From NCBI GenBank assembly GCA_043228905.1, contig JBHGNT010000020.1, positions 13,826,001 through 13,890,000 of the forward strand: a stretch of 64,000 nt of DNA, read 5' to 3'. The stretch comes from Azolla caroliniana. Its lineage: Eukaryota > Plantae > Polypodiophyta. Positions 42,771-56,893 of this stretch are shown here, piece after piece. Numbering within the stretch: position 1 is the first letter of the stretch; every line of letters begins with the position of its first letter. The translations under genes were made by a program, and so were the position numbers. Below the pieces are notes generated by a model. It searched no databases. It was given only the letters and a program-made list of their open reading frames with translations, and was not told where the DNA came from.

Positions 42771-45181
42771 ATACCGTAAGTCGAAATGCTAATCCATCAT
42801 GTCTTGAATATCAAAATGGGAATGTAGCACCCAAGAGGATACAAATGAAAGCGTCCAGTGGAATGATCCATGAATACATGCTTAGACTTCCTTTCCTTTT
42901 GGGTATGGTTCTAATGCAAGATGAATATTTAGAAAGAGATGTGTAAACAGTTTAGAAACATGAACTGCAATGCGGATCTGCATTCTTGAAGATCCCCCAT
43001 TTATTTTATGAATGGTGCCAGAAGTTTTGTCTGTGTACTGGGTGTGCATATTGTTTTACTCTGTTTAGTATAGCTGTGAATATAGAAAGAGAAAATAGAT
43101 GAAGATTTTAATGAGAACGAACTGTGTAATGTCACAAATGCATGTGGGTTGTTATTGGGAGCATTGCTAATCTAGCCTTTGGGCATAGTTGTATATTTGT
43201 GAGTTGAAGATTGGCTGGAAAAGTGAAGTTTGTGCTTAAAAATAAATGAAATGATGGAATACTCCCTTCAAATGGCCGTGACAAATCAGACCCAAGATAT
43301 TACCTCTTGACAGATTAGATGCATGGAAAAATACACCAAAAGAAATGTGATGGGTAATACAGAAAGGGTATTGTGATTTGGGTGAATAGTCGGTAATATT
43401 AGGACTACAACTTCTAAAGTCTTTTCCGAGTCCCAACAGTCCCAAACTGAGTTGGGACAGTCCAAGGAGTCGTAAGCAAAGTTAGGACAGCCAATAGTCC
43501 ACATTTTTGCTGCGTTTTTGCTGATTCCTAATCTTTGAGTTCTACTCTCTTCCATTGTATATTGAACACTCTCTAGCCCCTGTTATCTTTTGGTTTGTCC
43601 CAACATTGGAACTGTTGTAATCTTGTATCTCTTTCTTATAATATAAATCATCTTCTTGTTCCAATTCTCTTTGTCCAAACCGTGTTTTCGTGTGTTTTGA
43701 GACCCACATAAGCTAGAGGCATAACTAATTCTCTCTAGAATCGTCTCAATGCTCTACGTGGAAAGATTGGTTGAGCAAGGTAGATGGCATACCCTTGTTT
43801 CCCCATCTGTTTATGCAATCGCATTTACAGCATGCAGACTGTTGCATTTAAGATTGTTATGAACAGTAAGCTGGATTGACTTAATAACTAGATTCTCAGG
43901 TGAGGGATGTTGTGGAGTTGTCATCAATGGTGTTGGTCATGAGTCTTGGTGATTCTCTCCTTGGAAGAAGTCTATAAATTGTCACTGAGTTGTGCCAAAA
44001 TGGGCCTTCTACCTTTCATGGTTAAATACTTTTCATGGATGTTTGCAATTAAAAAGTGCAAAGCATATTTTATTACAATAATTTATTATTCAATCTCTAA
44101 GTCCAAAACCCTTTGTAAAAAACTATTTTAAACACCCTCTGATCTCATAGTAGGTATGTACCGGATGTTGTGCTTGAGCAAATGATGTAGATATATAACC
44201 ATCCTCGATGGCACTTTGAGATATTTAAACTATTAGTTAATTTCTCATTAATATAGTAATACTGTAGAGGTGTTAACGTATGTTGATGAGATATTAACTA
44301 ACATATCTCATTGGTCAAAGAGTTTAATTGATCTCATTTATCAAACAGTTTAACATTTTTCGATGATATGGTGTGGTTTATGAGCTTCATGAACCCAAAA
44401 CATTTAGATAACTCTGATTGCAAGCTGATGGTCCTCTTCCAGGTAATTTTCTGTTTCATCCTTGAAATAAATTCTCGTTTTTAATTTAGACATGGAACTT
44501 TGAGAACAGTTGCATAATATTCGACTTCTCCTATGAAGTTAGTTACAGCACAATTTCAAGAGAAGTAGAAAAATGCTTGTGATGTTAGGATGGTTTGTAA
44601 ATGTGGAAGTTCCATTAAAGTGCTTTTAAGCATGGTAATTAATCTCCTAATCAGAAGTTTTTTCAATTCTCGTCTTCTCTTTTGTAGAAGGGGCAATAGT
44701 CCAAACATGATGACAGTGAAGTGGTAAAAAAAACGTATGGTGGCCAAGAATCTAAAGTTTTGTGAAAAGAATAGAGTACTCACAATAAAGAGGTGAAAGC
44801 ATAGCTACGACCACACTGCTATGACATTCACATTCTCTACAGTGTCCAAGCACTCCCATTCCAAGATAAATATGCTTCTTAAACCAGTACAACCTATCCC
44901 CATTATATTTTCGATTCCAAGAGAAGTGCACTAACAAATGGGGTCAGTATATATTTTCACTTATGAAGTCATGGGTTGGCACGTGTAGCATACCTGATGA
45001 ATTATTAATAAAATGGATTTGAATGCCATGAGACTAATTGAATACATCAACTTCTTCATTACAAGTATGCAAATGAAATTGCATTAGGGGGGATGATACA
45101 CGTATGCATATGCTTACAAAACAATAGAATACATCGGATCTTTTAATTGGATTAAATGAATATGTATATGAATGAAGCCTG

Positions 45182-48100
45182 TCATGAAGTTAACTCCGCA
45201 TCAATCATGAAATGTTTGGCATCTTCACCAATGTTCACATTATAAGGGGAGCCAGTTCCTGTGAACAAATGATTGCTATCAACCATCCAAAACCAGCTAA
45301 AAATTAAAATAAAAGTTAATTTGCTTTAAAATTTTCTTCAAGAGTTCATACAAACCTGGTGGAAGAACATGCTTGTGAAGAAACTCGAGACACATTTTGC
45401 TATTCACAGCTCTTGTGACCAAGGGGTCCAACTCACCAGATGCTCTGTTAACAGATCCTTTTAATCAATTAAGGTTTCACTATAATTAAAATAACATTTT
45501 ATGAGGAAACATTGTGCAAAGTGAATGTAGATTAACGAATACAAAAGAATAATGAACATTGATAGCTGCTGAAATTGCAATACATTTAAGTTTAAATTAT
45601 GACATAATATGGCAATGAGCATTAATAGATCAAACCAACAGTTTGGATTTAACAAATATAAACAAAGTGAAAATTATAAAAGCAAATTGTGTTCTCTAGA
45701 ATGAAAAAAAGTTCCTCCATAACTGTACTTCAAGTTCACCCAACTTGGTTTCTTTAGCTAATGAGAGAATAAGAATGATACTATTTCCTTACCACAAGCA
45801 AGATTCCACTAGAATCCCTGGTTCAGTTTTTTTAAATTTTGGGCCCACTAAAATCATTTAATCACAAGGCAGAACACCATCAATTTAAATTCATGAAGAA
45901 ATGAGAGATGCATATACCTTGAAGGTACACTATGAGGCAATCACATATGTTGATTCATTAACGTGAAAGAAAACATTGAATGAAATAAAGTATTTATATG
46001 GATTATGAAAGAACACTCCAAGGCAGTCACATACGTTGATTAATTAAATTGAATGAAATATGACATATATATGGATTTATGAAAGAAAATCACGCAAGCA
46101 GAAAGGCACATCAAGAAGGAAAATTAAAAAGAAAGCTAACATACCATCCCTTTTAAATTAACTTGACCAACAAAGTACATTGAATGTAATTTTAACAAAT
46201 TGTTGCCCTACGTTTTCAGTTTTTTAGTTCACAATAAAGCAGATGTACCAAATGAAGAGAAAACCGTTGAAGCGTGCAGTCAATTTTGATTTAAGAAATG
46301 TAAAAAGATCCAAACGTACCCAAATTTTTTCATTAATTTCGGAAAGACTAGTGGAAAATCTGATTGATCTTGATGGCATGTACCCTGAAGCAACAACAAT
46401 AACACATTGATATTCAAAATAACAATGTAGTAACTGTGACTGAGAAATATCATGCAGATTTTCAAATACCTTTATAGTTTTGAGCTCAGTGATTAAAGGA
46501 CTTCCCTCTTCTTTTGCTTCTGCTCTTGCCTTCATAAACGTAGTCCTAATATCCCTCAATGCTTTCCAATCAAAATCTTGTGTATTCACAAGTAAAACTG
46601 GTACTTTCCCAGCCAGTTTTTCAATTTCTACCTGAATACCACCATGTAAACATAATTTTATCAGTAACATGTTCCTCATTAACTGATTTTAAGAATCCAC
46701 TACATTAACCAACAAAGGCAGTTTCACTCGAAAATCTGAATGTGGTAAGTGTGATAACAAGATACTTCATAGGATCTCCAAAAAGCTTAGACTGCACAAT
46801 GCAGAGGTGTCACTATTAAGTTATGAAATATTCGATTATTGAGGGGCAAGCTAACAAGAACTGAGACCTCCTGGCCTCAAAGAAGAAGAGTTCTTTATTT
46901 CTATGGTTTTGAGTCCCATGGGTCACATAAATGCCTTAGATGCTTCGCGTGGTGCGAGGTTTGTGGTTTCAGTGCGGTCGGCCTAAGCACTGCCATTGTA
47001 AATCCATTGTGGCTTCAGGCCTTGTATAAAGAAATTGTATTGGCATATACTAAGGTGTTTAGATCTTGGCTCCTTTTCGTTCTCATCGTGTCGGACATCT
47101 TGCCTTCCATTTTTGTATTCGGAAGCATTCTCATCGAAGTCCGAGAGTCGTTAAGCCCCCAGTGTTTTGTGTTTGTGTGGGAACTGTTGGGCCGACGAGG
47201 GCTGAAGGCCAATGCGACCGAAAGCCGGCTCGACCATGAACCGACGTGATAGAGGGTCGAAGCCGAACTCGACAAGCATCAAGCTCGTGGAGCCATAGGT
47301 GTAAGCTCCTCGTTTTCCCCTTCTCCCTAGTCCGAGATCCTCGTGGTCCCGCCCAACTGACCCGAACGTGCAAAATATTCGCAACATCTTCAAAGGTTAA
47401 ATAGGACCTATGAGACCAAAAATATTACATTTCACGCGATAGATGTGAAAATGAGCAATGTGTCTTCAGAGGTCAAATATGACCTATGAGACCAAAAATA
47501 TTACATTTCACATAATGCATGTGAAAATGAGTAACGCGCCTTTAAAGGTCAAATATGACCTATGAGACCAAAAATATTACATTTCACATGATACATGTGA
47601 AAATGAGTAACTAACTCTTGATGTTCAAGAACTTTACCAATGAATGTTGTAATCGAGAGTGCACATTGTGGTTGAGAGAAAAATTCATGCAAGAACTTCA
47701 CCATTGAAGCGTCAGCCTCCACATTTGTCCTATGTGATGATACGTTGGCGTTGCAAAAAGGTCTCATTTACAGAGGAATCTAGTGATACATCATGAAACA
47801 AGTGTGTTACATCCCATCTACCAAACCATTTTTCCATATCTTGTATCTTGTCAAAGACATGAAATCAATCATGTTAAGGTTCAAACTCTTGACCTCTTGT
47901 ATATAGTCAAGTGTTATGTTCTAACCAACACATCCAAATGTTATGCATATCTTAGTAGATTATCTATTCCAAGTTCTAGGAGTTTTTAGAAGCTTCTAAA
48001 AAGCTCTAAAAGCTAGAACATTATAGAAGCTTCTGCATGAAAATGGGTCTATGCATGGAACTACATGTAGAGCCCACAAACATGTATAAATACTTGTAAC

Positions 48101-51100
48101 CTCCTTGGTTCCTTTTAAGGGATTCAACACCAATCATTGACACATCAATCCAATATTCTCGCTTTGCCCCATCTTGTCTTCTTGATCTTCATCTTTGTCT
48201 TCATGCTCTTGTGTCGTTCACATCTTCTTAAGTTCCTCGCCTCGTCGCTCCCAGCTTCTCGAGTTTCTAACCTCGTCAATTCTAACTCCATGTTCATAAC
48301 CCCTCACTCGTAGCCCCATCATCCATGCTCTGTCGGAGTCCTCAGTTGGTGTGTCCATAACATATCCAACCTAAACACAAAATTTTGCTTTGATGCATCT
48401 TTTGGATCTATTTGCTCGCTTCCCATACAATTCTAGGTAATCAATGTAAGGGACTTTTTTGAACCTTAAGCACGTATTCAACAACACATTTGCATGCCCA
48501 TGATCTCAATAGGGAGTGAACCAGTTTCAAGGAATAGGGTGTATGGTGTTTGTTTCTTAACTTGTAGAAACTTTGTAAGGAAATGTTTTTGGACATTTTC
48601 AAACTCTTTCCAAGTATATTTAGGGATGCTACCACCACATACATCCACCCCATAGAGAAACATCAGTATCACCAAAGTGTCGAAAAAGTATTTCTTGAAG
48701 ACCCAACACTTAATAACTTCATAATTGCATGTGTTCTCAAATACATAATATGTTCTCTTTCTCGCCTTTAAGCCATGTGTAGCACATTCATTCCATCTAT
48801 GATTTGAAGGAACTTCAAGGCAAAGATATTTGAAGCTTTCCATACATTCAAGTGACTCACTATTGTACATAATGCATAGTTTATCTTTTTTCTAGCTCGT
48901 AACAAGCATAATCATTGTTTTAGAGTTGTTGACACTTAATTTAGTATGCATGAAAAAAAATTTCAATGCCTTCATAAGATTTTGTGTATCAAGTAAAGTA
49001 TTTGCAGAAAGCATTACATCATCCTTATATAACAAAAGCATAATGACTTCATTCCCAATGGCAAATCCTTCAATGTCTTCTTCCTTTACAAAATGGCAAC
49101 CATTTCTTCCAATTCATCAATGCATAGACCAAATAGGGTTGGTGAGAGTGGGCACCCTTGCTTAACACCAATATGTTATTGAAAAAATATGAAAGTCTAT
49201 CACTCATACACACAACATATAACCTTCTCATAGATTCAGTAAATTGCAAGCATATATTTACTTGGCACCTCGAGTTCTTCCATTCGCCTCCAAAAATGCC
49301 CACGAGGTACCATATCAAAAGCTTTCTTGAAGTCTATAAAGCAACAATATAAACCTTTCCCTCTAAGGTGACTTTCCTCCATTAATACTCAAAGGGTGAC
49401 AAGGTGATCAGTGGTGCTATAGTGTTTTCAAAAGCCAACTTGTCCATAAGCTCTCCTACCATTTTTTTTTAACCCATACACTTATCTTTGATTCTATTAT
49501 ACATCCAAATAGTTTTGCCATTAGCGCGCCAACCATGATGGTTTGATAGTTGTTTATATTATTTTCATCTCCACCTTTATGTAAAGGTTTCATCCAATTT
49601 GTAGTCCAAACATATGGCATACCATGTTGCAATGCATAATTAAATATATCACTTATCCATACATGTGCTTCTTTTCCCGTCCATTATACATTGAAGATTG
49701 CTTGCCTTTCGAGAGGCCAATTTCGTAAGTCCTATGCATACATCTTCATTCGTAAACAAGGGAGACATGTGAAAGAGAACCGTAACACATCATCTTTCTA
49801 GCAATAGATAGCTTATATAAATTCTTACAATCCATAAACACGTCAAGAAGAGTTAAGTCATTATAACTCTCAACATGTTTCCCCTTTAAACTTCTTCAAA
49901 ATTTAGCACATGCATGTGCTTTCTCTTGCATTTAGAGAAATTGTTAACTTCCCATATTCTTGCTTTCTTTGAATAAGCCTTTTGTACTCACGCAAATGCT
50001 TTTTGTAATTTTCTTTATTCTTGACTACATCCAAAATCATAAGGCACTTTCGAGCTTCATGGCATTCTTTATCAAACCATTTTTTCTTTGAACTAAATTT
50101 CTTGGTGCATTTCCAAGATGTATGCTTGGTCGAAAAATATTTGTTTGTGAACGAGAGAATGATTTTCTTAAAAGCTTCCCATTTGCATTCTATTGTGGCA
50201 CCATGTTGTATCTTTGTCATTTGTAACATATCCTCAACCATCTTAGAATACATGGGCGCTCGCTTAAGGTTCATGCTCAAGTGTGATTGTTAATTAGCTT
50301 CAATGTCCTCACAATCAAACCTATGTATGCATTTGAGGTCAATACATAAAGTCCCATGATCAGACTCCAATGTCCATTCACCAAGTGAGACGCATTCAAA
50401 TCAAAGTAAAAGCATTGTTGATGTTGGGATTAAAGTCCTCCAACTAAACTAGAAAACGAGTTTATATTATTTAATATTTTCTAATTTTTGTTAAAGTTGT
50501 ATAGTCTCGTTTTTCAAAGTTGTATTACAACTTCTAAAAGAATATTTTGCAGTTTGAATGGGATCCTTGTACAAGATTTCACTCAGCATTAAATAGGTAT
50601 TTATGAGGCCATAACTTAGCTGTCACGTCAGCATGTAAAGCTCTTCTTCTAAGACCATATTCTATGTATCTTAGATAGCACATGTATATATATACGTGTG
50701 CACTCCTACCTTGTACCTTTTTTGAAGCGGCGGGCTTTTGTTTTGCAGAATTGCTTCTACTTCTTTAATCCCTCCTATGTGTTAAACCCCATAATCGTTT
50801 ATTAGTTTCTATATCTCTGCCTTTAGATATTTCAGAAAACTATCATTCTATCTTCTACTTCCTTACAATAAATAGGTTTAATATGGGATAAGAAAAGTTT
50901 GCCAGCGGCATGCAGCTCCATTCAGACCCTCCAATACATACAATATGCAACATCAATCTATAAGAATAAACAGAGAAGTAATGTATTCATGAAGTATCAT
51001 CTGGCCATATATCAAGATACTCTTAACAGTGAACCCCTGACTTCGTATTTATTCAGCACAAAAAGTTCCTCATAATGGTTTAATTTCAATTAAGTTTACT

Positions 51101-54100
51101 ATACAGAAAAACGTGAAATTTGCCAGTAAAACTGTTTACATAGCCAAATTTTCCTTTAACCTGTGGCAGATCTCATAACAGACAAAAAAAAAGAATATGT
51201 TGTTTTATAGTAGTTATGGGAAATCTGGGAATTGTTGACGAGGGTTGCATACTTAAATATTCCTGACATTCAATGGGTGCATATTTCTATTTTTATTTCT
51301 TTCATATCATCCCTAAATTCCAAGTATTTTCCAATATTTGACATGTAAAGAGCACACTCATGGACACAAATGCATAGCATTGAAATGCTCTAATTCAAGA
51401 AGAAACATTGAAAGCAGTTGCATTATTTCATGGCATAAAAGAGTACAAAAACTTTACCTTCTCAATTGGTTCCCACCATACATCCATGGCAACACAGCAT
51501 TTGATTCTTTTCTCAATTCCAGAAGTTACTACGGCAGTAGCACCCCCAAATGAATGACCAGCCATTGCAAGATACTGAAGATTTAGCCGACCTTTAAGCA
51601 TGTCCACAACTAGCCCTTCCTTCCCACTTATCATATTAGCACTCTGTGTCAGTAATCCCTCATCAAGTCTTTCCAACACATCTATAACCTTTTGAACTTC
51701 GAAAGCTCTCTGCAAAGAAAGTGCACCTTAGCCTATGACAATATGCTTTGTACCTCATGCCTAATCAGCCTCTTTTGTGAATATCATATGGGGGGAAACT
51801 CTGAAACACCCACGGTTTTCTTCGTTACCCCAATGTCCATATGTATTCTTTGTTTCCCCAAATTCCCCATGTCAACCAATCATGTGTGCTATTTGAGAAA
51901 TTATATTCTCAAGCCTTCCACTTTTAATCAACTCTATGTGCTATTTGAGCAATTATACAGTCAATTCATTCCCCTTTTCTCTCTTTTGGCAGTTTACTGT
52001 GGGTTTTTAGGGCAATAATGAAAAGGTATGGACATTCGGGGGAATTAAGAAAAATATGTGGGTATTTCAGGGTATTTCCGAGATTTTTCTAGAATACATG
52101 CCATCATAAAATTAGTCTTCATATAGGCTCTACCTTAACATTAAGATCAAAAGACCACATCAATCAACAAATTTAAAAATGAAGTTAATAATAATGTCAT
52201 TCCAATCATTGGTTTTTGACATTCCAATGCTAGAATCGAATTTGCCTAGTATATTTTTCAATTTCTCACAGACTCATTTCCCGCCGTATCTCACTAAAAC
52301 TGATTTCAATCAACTACATTTTGGAGAAAATTTAGAACACAGCAAGGAGGAAAAAACTTGAGTCTGGTTTTGGTACATAAGTGCTAAATTTTGTAAGGCA
52401 TTGAATAATTATCACGAATTAGATGAATAGGTTTTGATGAGTTCCAAAATACAGTGGCCATTATTGTCAGAAATAATATTAATACTTTATGCAGTAGCCA
52501 ATCCTATTGCGTCTCTATGTTTTCTCCATGGATATGCTACTTATCTGTGTTTCAATTCAATTTTCAAGCCAGAAAATAGTCCCTACAAGTTCTCAATATT
52601 GCATCGGATGGAGCTAGAACTTAAAATCCTTTCCCGTACTAAAGTTTAGAGTTTCAATATGGAAGGCCACTTCAATGAGAAATTTAATTCTTTATTTTTA
52701 TTGATGCAGTTTTACGATAGTTTTTCTATGATTACAAAATCTTCAATTATAGTCAATATTCACATTACAGAGTATCTACAGACAATCATATACCTGTTGT
52801 AACTGCTTAATGCGAATGTCCATATTTACTTTCTCGTCGGGTATACCAGAATGAGAGTTCTGCAGCCATTTTATTTTCCCACTATGGTCTGTATAGCAGG
52901 CCATGTTGGCAGATCCATCAAGATGCTCTACTGCAACAACAACTTTCAAAACAAAAACAAGAAAGAATCTTAATATGTACAAGTAGGAATGTTGAGTTGA
53001 AAAATACGATTGGCAGTGAAATTCTAAATTGCATTACTTCATCATAAATTCACTTGCAAGTTCCACATAATTCAAAATCAAACAATATAGACTACAAAAA
53101 TTCGCGACTTGGGCATTTAATGTGCAGAGAGCAATGAAAAGCGGCTCAAACTGTAACATTACAAAATCAAGAATGATTAGGTCTCAATCAAATTAGACAC
53201 CTAGAAAAATAAGAATGTGATCATCACATTGATATCAACTTGCATAGTGGGAAGGAAGTTTTTGAATTGAAAAGTGAAAAGAAAGCTATATCTCAATGTG
53301 TTATTTAATCATCGATTCCTTTCCATTAACATTTTCTATCTGCCTTGGGAACTCAGAAATGAACAAAACAGAACATGGATCCAGAATGACTTCTGCCAAG
53401 ATATGTCAATGATCAAAATTGTTTGTTTTGAGCTTTTCAATTTGCACAATGGTATCATAGTAAAAGATAATGTGTGATTTTTGGTGGGGTCAATAATGAT
53501 ATAATGATATAATGGCTTTTCAAATTGCACACAATATAATGGCTTTGAATAGTGTCAACATATTTAGCAACACAATGTACGTTACTGCCAGAATGACATT
53601 CTGTTGAGATATGTCAATGATCAAATCTGCTTGTTTTGAACTTTTTGAATTGCATAATGATATTGCGGTAAAAGATAATGTCTGATATTGGCTGGATTCA
53701 ATAATGTAATAGCTTTTAATATTATCGACATATTTAGTGATGCACTATAAGATACTGTGAAGATGCTCTACATCAAAAGAAGACTGTATGTGCACACAAC
53801 ACATCCTATCCCATCGAAGAAGTACATTTCTATAGCAGGAATAGCTTGCTTGAATTTAATGATGTGATGCACAATTAGAAATGATAACTAGGATTATTAC
53901 CATCTTTTGAGAGGTGAAATAAATAAACAGATATAAAATAGAAGAGAATCTATGTTGCTATCTCCATCTTTGCAAGAAAAAATGAGTTAAGAACCTACTG
54001 TAACCATGTGAAGCCAGATCACAGCAAAAGGAAGTATATGTAGTTCTAGACGCCCACATGCCATGTGAGAATACAACTACAGGAAATCGTGCTTCTTCAT

Positions 54101-56074
54101 CTTTTTCCTTTACGGGTAACATTGGTCCTCCGAGTGATGCTTGAATAAAAACTCCACTGCACATGAACGAGTGGAAAGCACCTGACAGACAACAGAAAGT
54201 TATGCGTTAGCAAGAGATTGATTTTCTCGATATTACCATGCATTAGGTTAGGAAAGGCCAAGGGGTTTCCGAAGTTAAAAAGTCCGCACATAGCAAGCAA
54301 GGCAAGTTGGAGATGACGTATTTCATCCAACAGCAATATTATTATGAGCATATGTATAATGCATTAACATATTATTAGTGGAATTAACATTAGAGACTAG
54401 ATATAGGCAATAATACATTTGGGTGGCCTTACACACCTTGACTAATTGTTGTCTAGACACATAATGGTTATTAGCTAAATAATGGACTACATAACCTTGG
54501 CACTTCTTATAATAATCTTTTACTAATGACAAGCAATTAATGAAAAGGCTGAGCTTAACCAAACCAACCACCCTTGAGCAAAGGCCAAGCGACAAATACA
54601 AAAGATATTGGCGTTTCATACCATCAAATAGGTTTCATTTTATGCCTTAGAAGGCAACCAATTGCAGGATCCAAATATGAGATCTTTACCTCACTGATAG
54701 AGTCCTGATAGCCTCCTTAGATGTTGTGTTGAAGATGATAGCTATTTCCCTTTATATAGTTGACTCATCAGGCTCCCAGATTGTCACATGTTCCCAAATG
54801 ATTCAAGCCCTAAGATAACCGGGTTCCTACTTATCCTACCCTTAGAACTATAAAAAATAATTTTTAGAATTGGCAATATGCCCGTAACCTACTGCCTATT
54901 TTTAAAACATTGCTCTCTTGCAACAATAAATTAAAATAAAGGAAGCTAGATTTAAGTGCATGCTCTTTTCTCCAAGTGGCATCATGCACAGCTCGATCCA
55001 ACCATTTCATTTTGAATTCTCATATTTGTTTACATCCAAATGTTTAGTCAAGAATTGAGATGTTTTTCTTGTGAATGAAGATTAGAAGATAAATGCTTGT
55101 GAGTTACTGCATGTTTAATGGTTATTTTGGTTAACTTATAATCCAAAAATAAGATGCCAATGGGTGGATCAAGGTGATTGATAGAAAACCAATATATGCT
55201 TTACAACTATGAAAGGTCCACAATATGGTGGACCTATCTAATTTATCACACTTTCCTGTAGGTAAGTTTTTGGAATTTCACAAATAGGAATACATTTAGA
55301 GTTGTTCTTTGCAAACTCTAATATAGGGAGATATCCTTCCCATTTTGCATGATTCTTTCTGACATCATCTCTATGTACCCATTCAATTCGTGAATTGATG
55401 CTTCTTGTGATAGCAATCGCGTGGATGTGTTCCATTCCATGGATCATGCTAGGGACCTCTACACATAGAATGGGATGTCCCTGAGGTGCTAAAACTCATT
55501 TATTTGGGAACTTTTGAAAACATTCACAAATGATGGGCAATGCTAGGCCCAATGTACCATGTTTGCTATACAAACTACACAAGAAATTTGCCAAAATAGT
55601 TATGGAACAAGGGTAGCAAAGCGCTGTGAAACATTCTCGGATTTTTTTCTTATAAAATCAACACCTCCATGATGAGCATAGTTAGAACAAAAAATCACAT
55701 CGCAATCAGATATGTGTGTCATGTAAACTACAGAATTTCATACCTGCAAGGACCCAGATAGCTAAACGATGTATGGCTGATGAAGGCGGAAAAACCTTTG
55801 TAACATAGCCCCAGGTATACATAAGGCTAGGAATCCATCGACTCGAGGAGTGGAAAAATGATGCAAAATCTCGTTTTGTTTGCGAGGTAGGGTAAAATAC
55901 TCTCATGAGAGGGGCAGCTTGTGCATTTGCTAATCCTTCAACACCTGGAAAAGTGTCTTGCTTTGATCCATTCCGGTTAGCTGGCATTCCTCCATGGGGT
56001 ATTTCATCGGTCCTCTTGAGTTCAAAATCAGCAAATGCCACAGCATATGGCCCAAGAGGAGTCGGAAGTCCCAT
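45182..56074 (-). CDS. PAF-acetylhydrolase-like (group VII PLA2-type alpha/beta hydrolase), 8 exons: 56074-55744, 54181-53999, ~52942-52794, ~51709-51458, ~46631-46470, ~46384-46320, 45444-45356, 45258-45182
   Basis: [80 protein letters not shown] (nucleophile), AMDVW (Asp), [13 protein letters not shown] (His), [13 protein letters not shown]. Splice phases checked are consistent. Confidence 0.9.
47389..47612. repeat. Three tandem copies of a ~76-bp unit inside PAF-AH intron 4
   Basis: GACCTATGAGACCAAAAATATTACATTTCAC...ATGTGAAAATGAG occurs three times. Confidence 0.9.
47912..48362. mobile_element. Possible solo-LTR-like remnant
   Basis: TGTTATG...CATAACA ends, TATAAATA at ~48085 followed by a pyrimidine-rich tract; no clean target-site duplication seen. 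Confidence 0.3.
48400..50400 (-). mobile_element. Degraded non-LTR retrotransposon (LINE) ORF2 in PAF-AH intron 4
   Basis: - strand: endonuclease-end ESDH (~50360), [18 protein letters not shown] (~49140-49170), LLLYKDD (decayed YADD, ~49015-49040), ESFKYL; many stops and frameshifts. Confidence 0.88.
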
Positions 56075-56805
56075 TTTAAACTTCTTAGCGCTCAAGGTGG
56101 TAAATAGTGATGATAATGACGATGAAGATAGCAATGACAATTCGGTGATAAGGATAACAACAGAATTGATCACTGATGAGGGTGTGATGATGACCAAGAT
56201 GTTGTGCCCAGAAATGTGGCAAGTCTCAACGTTTAACCCACAATGGCTCCTTTCCTCGCGTTCCTTGATTCTTCGGCTTCTTCGAAGCAAGACGACCAAA
56301 GGAACACAAGAATCTATCTGTTCCTCTTCTTCCTGCAAAGAGACCGAAGCAGCCAGGAGAATTGATGGTGCAAGATCTGAGTTGGGGGGGGGGGGGGGGG
56401 GAGGGGAGGAGGGAAGGAAGGAAATCACGATGGTCCTGGGGATGGCATTGGATCAGAAAGTGTGTCGTGAGGATCGAAATGCAGGGAGTAAGACGGTAAG
56501 AACGAATATGATTGAATGGATGATTGAAAAGAATGAATGATAGAATGAATGGTATTCTTTTTGCCTTCTTCTTCTTCTTCTTCTTCTTCTTCATCTTCTT
56601 TTTATCCCATGTGCACAAAAAAGTGAAAAGGATTGGACTGTTTTGTTTGGTTGAAGAAGAGATGAGTGCCTTGAGAGGACGGACAAGCCAAAGTCTTCCT
56701 TAGCTTTGGTCCTTACTACTTAGCCAAACCCTAAAACCCCACCACGAGCCCTCGGCCCATCCCCCGCCCATCCCCCCGGACACACACCTCTTGTTATATT
56801 CCTTC

Positions 56806-56809
<4 letters not shown>

Positions 56810-56891
<82 letters not shown>
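56810..56891. repeat. (CT)n microsatellite upstream of the PAF-AH gene
   Basis: About 40 consecutive CT units. Confidence 0.95.

Positions 56892-56893
<2 letters not shown>

Noticed and set aside
43270-43710. Possible solo LTR downstream of WDR5
   Set aside because: LTR-like composition, but no convincing TG...CA termini with a TSD could be fixed.
46224-46679. 151-aa ORF as an independent gene
   Set aside because: It is PAF-AH exon 5 read through flanking intron sequence.
55905-56540. 211-aa + strand ORF
   Set aside because: Antisense to PAF-AH exon 1 and its low-complexity leader; no domain signature.
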